From the NCBI RefSeq assembly GCF_018398935.1, contig NZ_CP074694.1, forward strand, positions 2,310,001 to 2,342,000: a DNA stretch of 32,000 nucleotides. The letters run 5' to 3'. The DNA is from Telmatocola sphagniphila (GTDB lineage Bacteria > Planctomycetota > Planctomycetia > Gemmatales > Gemmataceae). The notes beneath the pieces were generated by a model. The model had not been told where the DNA came from, did no database searches, and worked only from the letters and a program-made list of their open reading frames with translations. This document shows positions 22,031 to 29,500 of the stretch, one piece after another (within the stretch, counting starts at the first letter, position 1; the number at the start of each line of letters is the position of its first letter). Both the position numbers and the translations under genes were made by a program.

Positions 22031-22333
22031 TCAAGAAATCGGATCGTGAACGGTTACAAGTTTAGTTCCGTCGGGAAAGGTCGCTTCTATCTGGATCTCA
22101 TGGATCATTTCGGGCACACCGGGCATCACTTCGTCACGCTTCAATATACTTCGACCCGCCGCCATGATTTCTGCAACCGTCAAGCCCTCTCTGGCCAGTT
22201 CCATCAAAGCGCTGGCAATCAGGGCGGTGGCTTCGGGTACGTTCAACTTAAGTCCGCGCGCTTTGCGAGACTTAGCCAGTTCTCCGGCTGTGTAGATTAG
22301 AAGCTTATCTCGTTCCTGCGGAGTCAGATGCAT
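22031..22333 (-). CDS. ureA: Urease gamma subunit
   Basis: [32 protein letters not shown]...I; 100 aa. Confidence 0.95.
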   Translation of the reverse strand: MHLTPQERDKLLIYTAGELAKSRKARGLKLNVPEATALIASALMELAREGLTVAEIMAAGRSILKRDEVMPGVPEMIHEIQIEATFPDGTKLVTVHDPIS

Positions 22334-22388
22334 GGAAAAGCAACGCCTTACTGAATTATGCCTCGTTTCAGGTCATTCTAATGATTTG

Positions 22389-22413
22389 CACCATTTTGAT
22401 TTACAAAATGGTG
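22389..22413. promoter_or_regulatory. Perfect 10-bp inverted repeat (CACCATTTTG-attta-CAAAATGGTG) 56-80 nt upstream of the ureA start; candidate operator or 5'-UTR hairpin
   Basis: Read directly from the sequence. The arms are 22389-22398 and 22404-22413, with a 5-nt spacer. Confidence 0.4.
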
Positions 22414-22609
22414 AGGTAAACGATTAGTAGCCAGCAAGATCCGAAAAGAATGGCAGCCTGGATCAAGGCATGCTTTTGGTCATTAGTAGCGAATTGTCAT
22501 GTAGCGGCCACTTGGCAACTCGCTACTTTACCGAGTGTCCCCGTATCTTGACAGGCGACGCTGAAATGCGCAAGTCCTGTTAACGGAGTAATACTAGCTA
22601 AGTCTCCGC

Positions 22610-22640
22610 CGGCTGCGGAAAGCTGATGGCACCGCGGCCG
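22610..22640. other. Stem-loop about 85 nt downstream of the TlpA-like gene stop
   Basis: CGGCTGCGG (22610-22618) pairs with CCGCGGCCG (22632-22640), giving 9 bp including one G-U, with a 13-nt loop. The T-rich tract (ATTATTTG) lies on the + strand side only. Confidence 0.3.
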
Positions 22641-22723
22641 ATTATTTGCAGAGAGGATCAAACGCTACAGGAGTTTCGGATACGATAAATGAGGACCAGG
22701 ATGCGATTTGCAAATCCATTATC

Positions 22724-23842
22724 TTACAGCCCATATTTCGTTAAGATTCTCACTACTTCTTCATTGGCTTTGCTGTCCGGATAATTCTTCTTAAGCACGG
22801 CCGCTTTTTGCTTCAGCTGCTTGAGCTGAGCGGCCATCGCTTTCTGAAATTCGGTATTTTTGAGATCGACGCCGGCCGCGGCCGCAACCAGTTGCATATC
22901 CAGCTTTTTGATCATTTCCAAACCTGGACGAGCCGACAGTTCGTTGGCAACCACTTTTTCTTTCTTCAAAGAGACGATCAATCCGTTGGCCTTGGTGGCG
23001 ACCGAGGTTCCCTTAAAGGAGGTCGACAGGGGTTCGACTTGGAGGAATGCTTCCAGGGGACTATCCTTGGCCAAATCTTCTGCTGTGGTCAGTTTCTTTT
23101 GAGCCTCTGAGACAATCGCATCCACGAGAGATTTGGCTTCAGTGGCAATTTCATTCGACCCTCGCGACAACGCGACGAGCTTCGGCAGCACAGACAACGG
23201 CGGAACGCCTTTGATCAGACTGTCCGCATGAGTTTGCACCGGTTTTGAAAAGGTACTTTTTCCGGTCTTGGCCACGATCGCTTTACCCACGGCCGCACGA
23301 ACGATGGGATAAGCTCCGTCGGGATAGCCTCGATAAATGCAAGCGCCCGTGTGGTCGAATACTATGCTGTGGGGGATGGTTGAAAAATCGTTCGCTCCAT
23401 TCACACGCGTTCCCGTCGTAATCGTGTAACTGACTCCTTTGCTCTCGGCCATCTGCCGGATTTCGGCGTCCGTTCCCTCTTGAGCATGCGAACCGATCGT
23501 CACCAGTCCAAAGTCAGCCAGCTCCCTGTTTAGAGCCGAGACATGCGGTAAGGAGGCAATACAGGGAGGACAGTGGATGCCCCAATATTCGAGAAAGATA
23601 ACTTTATCCTTCAGGTCTTCCCTCTTCTCTTGAGGGCCGCTAACGGTCTTGCCAAGGAAAATATCCGTAGTCTTAACTTTCAGGTTATAGTTGCCATCTT
23701 TGGGATCTTCTCCGCCGTCGTCCTTCTGGCTACTTTTGGTAGACGATTTCTTGCCCGCGGGAGTTTGAGAAAACCCCGGAGTGGAGTTCAGGCAAAACAA
23801 GGTAAAACAAGTGAGCAAAACAGTCAGGCGAATCGCAAACAT
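22724..23842 (-). CDS. Secreted TlpA/ResA-like thiol-disulfide oxidoreductase with a long helical C-terminal extension
   Basis: 372 aa. It has an N-terminal signal peptide, the thioredoxin-fold active site WGIHCPPC, and a C-terminal ~170 aa that is Ala/Lys-rich and helical. Confidence 0.8.
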   Translation of the reverse strand: MFAIRLTVLLTCFTLFCLNSTPGFSQTPAGKKSSTKSSQKDDGGEDPKDGNYNLKVKTTDIFLGKTVSGPQEKREDLKDKVIFLEYWGIHCPPCIASLPHVSALNRELADFGLVTIGSHAQEGTDAEIRQMAESKGVSYTITTGTRVNGANDFSTIPHSIVFDHTGACIYRGYPDGAYPIVRAAVGKAIVAKTGKSTFSKPVQTHADSLIKGVPPLSVLPKLVALSRGSNEIATEAKSLVDAIVSEAQKKLTTAEDLAKDSPLEAFLQVEPLSTSFKGTSVATKANGLIVSLKKEKVVANELSARPGLEMIKKLDMQLVAAAAGVDLKNTEFQKAMAAQLKQLKQKAAVLKKNYPDSKANEEVVRILTKYGL

Positions 23843-24061
23843 GATTGTTATCTCTGATCCGTAGTTAACGAAAATATTCTATAAGGGAAAAGATTTGAGA
23901 AAATAGTTCCTGTGCTTTTCCACCATGATTGATCGATTTCAAAGATCCTATTTCGATACCTACCTTTTCTTGGCGCAGGTAAGCATGAATTCGAATCGCC
24001 GTTTCCATGCACGGGCAAAATCGAGAAAGTAATCATCGATTTGAAATGACAATCTCCCCAA

Positions 24062-24883
24062 GTGAAATATCCTACCTTTGCATCGCCCGGCAAGGTAAAA
24101 GCAATGATCAACCCGACTCATTATCCGCTTCTTGTTTTCGCGATTTCATTCAGTTCGCTCTGGCTCTCGGCGTGGATCGGCTGGTCGTTGCTTCGAAGGC
24201 AGCGGGCCATGGAATCGGATTTACGAGAAGACTTCGGCCTCATTCTTGCGGCTTCACTCACCTTACTCGGACTCATCATCGGATTCAGTTTTTCGATGGC
24301 CACAAGTCGGTACGACCTACGTAAAAACTACGAGGAAGCCGAGGCTAACGCGATTGGAACGGAATACTTCCGGGCCGATTTGTTACCCTTTGCCGAAGCT
24401 GCGAAAGTGCGTTCGCTGTTGAGAAACTATCTCGATCAACGTATTGAGTTTTATCAGGCGGACGACGAACAGCATCTCCAGCAGATCAATGCGCGTATTG
24501 TCAAGTTGCAGAATGAGTTATGGTCGGTTGTCGCAGCCGCCGCGGAGGCCCATCCCACGCCGGTCGTCGCTCTGACAGTTTCGGGTATGAACGATGTGTT
24601 AAATTCCCAAGGATACACGCAAGCAGCATTCTGGAACCGAATCCCGACGACGGCCTGGGCTCTGATGGCCTTTATCGCATTAGGCTGCAATTTACTGGTG
24701 GGGTATGGTTCGCGAAGCACCACTTCGGGTTCTAAATTATTGCCAATACTTCCCTTTATCGTTTCCGTTGCGTTCATGCTCATTGCAGACATCGATTCCC
24801 CGCGCCACGGAATTATACGAGTGAAGCCCCAAAACCTGATTAGTCTCTCCGAATCCCTGCAAGTGCCCAACCTGTCGAATTAG
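24062..24883 (+). CDS. DUF4239-like (bestrophin-like) integral membrane protein
   Basis: This is the only + strand gene. It has 4 hydrophobic helices flanking a soluble helical region (RYDLRKNYEEAEANAIGTEYFRADLLP...). The GTG at 24062 or the ATG at 24104 (AAGG 8 nt upstream) are both possible starts. Confidence 0.65.
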   Translation: MKYPTFASPGKVKAMINPTHYPLLVFAISFSSLWLSAWIGWSLLRRQRAMESDLREDFGLILAASLTLLGLIIGFSFSMATSRYDLRKNYEEAEANAIGTEYFRADLLPFAEAAKVRSLLRNYLDQRIEFYQADDEQHLQQINARIVKLQNELWSVVAAAAEAHPTPVVALTVSGMNDVLNSQGYTQAAFWNRIPTTAWALMAFIALGCNLLVGYGSRSTTSGSKLLPILPFIVSVAFMLIADIDSPRHGIIRVKPQNLISLSESLQVPNLSN

Positions 24884-25093
24884 TGGTACTTTGTGTGCTT
24901 TTGATCAGGCTATGATCGTCAATCGTAGATGGGCCAGCGAACCGTCGAAGACTCTTAGTCATTACTACTCTGAACAACTTTCAAAGTAAAAGGCGCGAAT
25001 AGCGCCCCGCCAGAAAGAGCAGATACCGTTTTTTCATTTTTGGAACTAAAAAAACCTCATCTTGCTCCGCTCTTCTCGTCCTGATGGGGTCGT

Positions 25094-25363
25094 CTATCGA
25101 ACGGTATCGAATGTCGCCTGAACAGTGCATCGATGAGTGAATTCGACTTGCTCTGTTTGAGGGACATACTTGAACTCGAATCTACAAACGTGAGTCACTT
25201 TACTGCAGGAACCGCAGATGGCGGCATGCGAGAAAATTTGGCCCTTAATCGATCGATTTTGAAAATCTCGAAAGCTCGGATCATTCGATTGGATATGGAT
25301 TCGGTGAGGCAAATCAGCTGAACTCCCGTCCCGCGGCTGGTGGAGAAATCCAACCGCAGTCAT
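25094..25363 (-). CDS. Small hypothetical Cys/His-rich protein
   Basis: 89-aa ORF with an ATG start and GGGAG 8 nt upstream. It lies 30 nt downstream of the C25-like peptidase gene. Codon choice looks like that of neighbouring genes. No family recognised. Confidence 0.35.
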   Translation of the reverse strand: MTAVGFLHQPRDGSSADLPHRIHIQSNDPSFRDFQNRSIKGQIFSHAAICGSCSKVTHVCRFEFKYVPQTEQVEFTHRCTVQATFDTVR

Positions 25364-25368
25364 GAGTT

Positions 25369-25387
25369 GATCTCCCGAAAGGAGATC
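25369..25387 (-). promoter_or_regulatory. Hairpin whose 3' arm contains the Shine-Dalgarno sequence of the small ORF
   Basis: GATCTCC-cgaaa-GGAGATC is a perfect 7-bp stem with a 5-nt loop. It starts 5 nt after the peptidase stop codon (25393-25395) and ends 5 nt before the ATG at 25363. Confidence 0.4.
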
Positions 25388-25392
25388 CTTCT

Positions 25393-26796
25393 CTATTTTT
25401 CCTCATTCTCTTGTACCGCCAGGGGCAACGTAGGATCCCCAAACACCATGAATTTCATTCCCTGAAAAAAGATCGACGGAGGATACCAGTCGTCGCTCGG
25501 TTTCAGTCGCGCCAACCCTTCCTTGGCATAGTAGTAACTGATGGCACTAGACCAGCAATCCCCGAGGTGGGGATGCGGTGCCTTTCTCAGAGTCATCATA
25601 AATCCATCGAGTAACGTCAAGGCGCAGGGTTGACTTCCCGTATTGCAGCCGATGTAAGCCACTGCGCCGTTGAGGCCGCGCTTCAATACTTGTTCCCCAA
25701 GCCCGGTAGGGTTATACTTCCCCTTCTGATACGGGGCAGGTGGAGGTGGTGGCTCCTTGAAAACCTCGCCTCGGTTGGTTCCGATATGTTCCTGCCCCTG
25801 GATATCCACATACGCTTCATAGGGCGGCAGTGGAGCGAAGTAACTCGTACTGCAACCGACCGAGATCATGATTGGCAAACGATCGGAGTTCTTCACGCGA
25901 GCGAGACTGCCGACTGAGAAACAACCTTCCCAAGTATTTTCACTGCCGTGCCCGGCGTGGACCACCAAGGAGCTCCCTTCGTTTAACAAGGCCAATACAT
26001 TCTTTTCGTTGGGTGGAAGTGTTTTGAATTTCGGATTATCGTTGCTGAAGAAGTATCGCTCGGCTTTCCAAGCCATGGGCATCTCGGAGGCGATTTTCTC
26101 CAACTGGTTGCGGGCATCGACCCATCCGCCTACATGGAAGAGGCCCATCTTGTGCAACCCAGGATGGTTACCATCGAGAATACTCTTCTCATATGCGAGC
26201 GATTTGGTGGCCACGATGTTTACTTCTGCAGGAGTGCTGACGGGCCAGCGGCCGACGGCAATTTTGGGATGGTACTCGATCTGATCGTAGTTGATTGGAT
26301 CTTTCTTGTTTTTCTCGCCGCGCACTTCACCGAAATAATGGACGTGGAATCCTTCTTTCCGGGCATTCCAATCTTCGAAACTGCCATCTTTTTTGGCCAG
26401 GTCGGAGTAATAGAGATCGGAGGGGTAAAAAGAATAATCGAATGCGGCCGGAGTGACGCGGTCCAGGACCATATAGCGGACGGGGAACACATCGATATCC
26501 CCGACTAACAGCACATACTTGAGATGGTTTTTACGATACGCGTCATACAAGAAACGTTTGACTTTTTCCGGGTCGTCAGCACCCGCAGTTGTTTTGAGAG
26601 TTCTTTCCAGCGAAACCAGTTCCACCTTGAAAAGCTTCTGTTTTTGCTGAACGTAATCCTTCAGCGCAGTATGAAACTGATCGGGGGAGACGATCATAAA
26701 CAGGCTAGGATCTTTCTTGGGCTCTTGCGGCGACTGTGCAAAAGCTGTCGAAGCGTATAAGAATCCCAAAATTGAAATAAATAAAAATCGAGGCAT
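25393..26796 (-). CDS. Secreted peptidase C25 (gingipain)-like cysteine protease
   Basis: Signal peptide, then VLLVGDIDVFPV..., VGRWPVSTPAEV. The catalytic His context is VVHAGHGSENTW and the Cys context is MISVGCSTSYF. Confidence 0.75.
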   Translation of the reverse strand: MPRFLFISILGFLYASTAFAQSPQEPKKDPSLFMIVSPDQFHTALKDYVQQKQKLFKVELVSLERTLKTTAGADDPEKVKRFLYDAYRKNHLKYVLLVGDIDVFPVRYMVLDRVTPAAFDYSFYPSDLYYSDLAKKDGSFEDWNARKEGFHVHYFGEVRGEKNKKDPINYDQIEYHPKIAVGRWPVSTPAEVNIVATKSLAYEKSILDGNHPGLHKMGLFHVGGWVDARNQLEKIASEMPMAWKAERYFFSNDNPKFKTLPPNEKNVLALLNEGSSLVVHAGHGSENTWEGCFSVGSLARVKNSDRLPIMISVGCSTSYFAPLPPYEAYVDIQGQEHIGTNRGEVFKEPPPPPAPYQKGKYNPTGLGEQVLKRGLNGAVAYIGCNTGSQPCALTLLDGFMMTLRKAPHPHLGDCWSSAISYYYAKEGLARLKPSDDWYPPSIFFQGMKFMVFGDPTLPLAVQENEEK

Positions 26797-26955
26797 CGAT
26801 TAAACTCTAAAAGGAGTGCTATTCCGAAAATGGTAAATTTTTAAACCGAAAAATTAAGTGCCAGAAGACATTGCTCAGGAAGACTTCAGCTCAAGACGCG
26901 CCGCTCACAGAAATTCAGTCGTTGCGATGTCTCTATTACGTTCCCTTATTTAAAA

Positions 26956-29319
26956 TCATTTTACCTTCCAACGCAACACTGTCAGAGAAAGGGGCGGAAA
27001 AGTATAATCGAATCGACTTGAAGTCGCTTTCCAGTGACTTTCGGTCACGGCTACCCGATTAGGAGAATCAAAATCATTGGTGACATCCGGTTCTCCGGCC
27101 TTCCGAGTATCCGACAATGTGAAGACATCGGCTGGAGGAAGCGAATCCCCAAAAGCTGACAGATCGAGCGGTCGGATCTCTTCCTGCAACGAATTGTTGA
27201 CGGCAAACAGAGTAAGGGTGGTCCCATCTTTCGAGAGAGTAGCGCTGAGATCGGGAACTAAATTCACCGGGAGATTCGATTCGATTTTCAGAGCAATCTC
27301 TCCGGCGTAAGTGGCATAAAGTTTTTGGGCGTAATAGGTCGGTGTTTTATATATTCGATACGAATCGGTTTGAATAATTCCGGAACAGAAACTATTAATG
27401 AGGTTGGATCGGTTGGCAATGGTTACCAGATCGGCATTCCGGTGCAACAGGTTTTGATATCGCGAGCACAGCAGTGCATTTTCCAAGGTCCAGAGCATAC
27501 CACGCCGAGGTCCGAAATCCCCGGCGGTCGTATTCCATTCCGTTACGCCGACTTTAATCGATCGCTTTCGGGCATGCTTCTGGATCAATTCCCGCACACG
27601 TAGCAGCTCGGCCTCCGTACTGGCGATGTCGCCGATCGAGTACTGATGCGGACAAACGAAATCGAGCCACTTGCCCGCTTTTTCCAACACTCCTGCAGAC
27701 GGATAACTCGATAAAAGGCAAATACTGGGATCCACCGCCTTCATGGCTTTACAGAACTCGGGTAGTCGATTTTCGTAGTCCGAGCCGGACCGCTCGTTAC
27801 CGATTTGCCAGTACATGATCCGGTAAGGTTCCGGGTGGCCATTCGAGGCGCGGAGCCGGCCCATCGGCGTGTTCCCATCGCCATTGAAATATTCCACCTG
27901 ATCGGCTGCATCCTGAACTCCTTTCTTGGTCACTCGAACGCAAATCAACGGCTCCGCATTGACAGAGCGGCAAAATTGCACGATCTCTTCCAAGCCTGGG
28001 CCGGTCGGTTGAAGCCCGCCCCAGGCTCGAAAAGGCTTGCGATGATCGGGATTGCCGAGCGTATCGCGCCAATCGAATTCCCCTAGGTTGGCATCATCCA
28101 GGGCGCTGCCGCCAAAACGGATAATCCCTGGCCGGAGTTCCTTCACTGCTTCGACGACATCGGACCGCCAACCACCGACCGTTTTGACCGGCATCAGGGA
28201 AACATTGTCGATCCAGAGTGTGCCCGGTCCCCGAAACGAAATCTCAATACGTCCGGAGGTCTCTTTCTGACGAGGGGTCAGTCGAGCTGAAAATTTTTGC
28301 CATTTCTGTCCCGCGGTGAATTCGCAGGCCGCCAGTTCTTCCGAAGTCCCTTTCAACCGAATATGAACCGGGCCGGAGATTCCCATCTGGCGTAGATAAC
28401 AGGTCAAAAGGCAAGGTTCGTTGGCATCGAGGGCCAACCCATCTTGACTCACGCCCACCGTGCAGGGCGAAGATCCGGTGACGGCGATTTTCTGGGAAAC
28501 CAGACCGCTAACCGGATTCGTTTTGTCGAGCGTAAAATTGGCTCGATTGGTGGCCCCACTCGGGTACCAGGGCTGTTCGAGCGAATCTTTTGCCCCAAGG
28601 AAACGAACCTTATAAGGGGTTAACCCTTCGAAGCTGCCATCGTGAATTTTTTCGGCCCACATGCTCGGGATGAGATCGCAGAGATATTCGACGAATTGAC
28701 CGTACTGAAACGGATCTATCGATTCTTTGAATAGCGGTTGATGGGTGATCTTCAGAGGAAATTTTCTCGGATCGATTTCTTCCAGTTTCAGATCGCTGAA
28801 CCAGACTGTGCCTGTCCCTTTTCCAAATCCCACAAAAAAAAGGACAAGCCGGATTTTACCGTCGGGAGGCGGCCCGAACGCAAGTGCAACCCGAGTCCAC
28901 TCGGTGGTGCCCCGACGATTGACACCACTGACGATACTTCCCTTCCCTTCCGACTTCTGGACCTGGATGGTTGCGCTAACTGACGCCGCGTGCGGATCGA
29001 GATTGTTTGTGCGGACCCATCCGGTGATTTGATACATTTTCGCAGGATCGAGCGTCATCTCCTGGCCTAGAGCCGTGTCGGATTCCATCGTGGAGGAAAT
29101 TCGGACGGACTTCTTCCCTTCGTGGGTGATCGCAGGGTCGACGGTCACTTCCGCCTGGGCTCCATAAGTCGTCACCTGCCAACCAGTTATTCCTTCCTCA
29201 AACAGCGCATTTCGAAACGTCGCTTTCGCGGGAGTGTCCGAGCTATGGAGTGCGGGTGTAAAGATCAAGAAAATGCTCAGGAGCAAACGGGTAGAAAATG
29301 TTCGCGGTAGATGCATCAT
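26956..29319 (-). CDS. Secreted glycoside hydrolase, clan GH-A, alpha-L-arabinofuranosidase (GH51)-like, with N-terminal CBM-like beta-sandwich domains
   Basis: 787 aa with a signal peptide. The N-terminal part is CBM4/9-like (GWQVTTYGAQAEVTVDP...). The (beta/alpha)8 core has IIRFGGSALDD, the acid/base motif YWQIGNE and the nucleophile motif VGVTEWN, followed by a C-terminal beta-sandwich. Confidence 0.7.
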   Translation of the reverse strand: MMHLPRTFSTRLLLSIFLIFTPALHSSDTPAKATFRNALFEEGITGWQVTTYGAQAEVTVDPAITHEGKKSVRISSTMESDTALGQEMTLDPAKMYQITGWVRTNNLDPHAASVSATIQVQKSEGKGSIVSGVNRRGTTEWTRVALAFGPPPDGKIRLVLFFVGFGKGTGTVWFSDLKLEEIDPRKFPLKITHQPLFKESIDPFQYGQFVEYLCDLIPSMWAEKIHDGSFEGLTPYKVRFLGAKDSLEQPWYPSGATNRANFTLDKTNPVSGLVSQKIAVTGSSPCTVGVSQDGLALDANEPCLLTCYLRQMGISGPVHIRLKGTSEELAACEFTAGQKWQKFSARLTPRQKETSGRIEISFRGPGTLWIDNVSLMPVKTVGGWRSDVVEAVKELRPGIIRFGGSALDDANLGEFDWRDTLGNPDHRKPFRAWGGLQPTGPGLEEIVQFCRSVNAEPLICVRVTKKGVQDAADQVEYFNGDGNTPMGRLRASNGHPEPYRIMYWQIGNERSGSDYENRLPEFCKAMKAVDPSICLLSSYPSAGVLEKAGKWLDFVCPHQYSIGDIASTEAELLRVRELIQKHARKRSIKVGVTEWNTTAGDFGPRRGMLWTLENALLCSRYQNLLHRNADLVTIANRSNLINSFCSGIIQTDSYRIYKTPTYYAQKLYATYAGEIALKIESNLPVNLVPDLSATLSKDGTTLTLFAVNNSLQEEIRPLDLSAFGDSLPPADVFTLSDTRKAGEPDVTNDFDSPNRVAVTESHWKATSSRFDYTFPPLSLTVLRWKVK

Positions 29320-29380
29320 GACTGTGATTCGTCTGAAGGAAGAGGATGTAGCAATGCTGCGGAAAGTTTCACATACTGTC

Positions 29381-29415
29381 GGCAGAATTCAACAGCAATT
29401 CTGCCAAACTTTTTG
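29381..29415. terminator. Perfect 9-bp stem-loop followed by T5 on the + strand (orientation ambiguous)
   Basis: GGCAGAATT-caacagc-AATTCTGCC (29381-29405), then AAACTTTTTG. It lies 96 nt downstream of the minus-strand gene ending at 29501 and 62 nt upstream of the GH gene start. Confidence 0.35.
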
Positions 29416-29500
29416 TTCATGGGCTAGCAGATTCTTTATCCTCTTCCGAAATCTCGCGGGCATAACGTACCGGAGATCGCTTGGAGAGGCTTTGTACCAC

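Noticed and set aside
22627-22650. Sigma-54-like TGGCAC ... TTGCA on the + strand upstream of the urease region
   Set aside because: The spacing between the two elements is 13 nt instead of about 5. The orientation points away from ureA and into the 3' end of the TlpA-like gene.
23848-24111. 87-aa minus-strand ORF in the divergent intergenic region
   Set aside because: It overlaps the start of the + strand membrane protein gene and has no SD or recognisable features.
24121-24870. Antisense and off-frame ORFs (60-138 aa) within the DUF4239-like gene
   Set aside because: They overlap a gene with clear TM topology and family-like sequence, and none has independent support.
24992-25055. Weak hairpins downstream of the + strand gene: GGCGC-gaata-GCGCC, and an A/T-only 7-bp stem at 25028-25055
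   Set aside because: The stems are too short or too AT-only, and the T-run is ~30 nt from the GC stem. I could not support a terminator call.
25133-25321. 62-aa + strand ORF opposite the small Cys/His-rich ORF
   Set aside because: It has no SD upstream of its ATG. The minus-strand ORF has a good SD and a coupling hairpin. The downstream hairpin plus T-run (25369-25400) could formally terminate a + strand RNA, so this rejection is not absolute.
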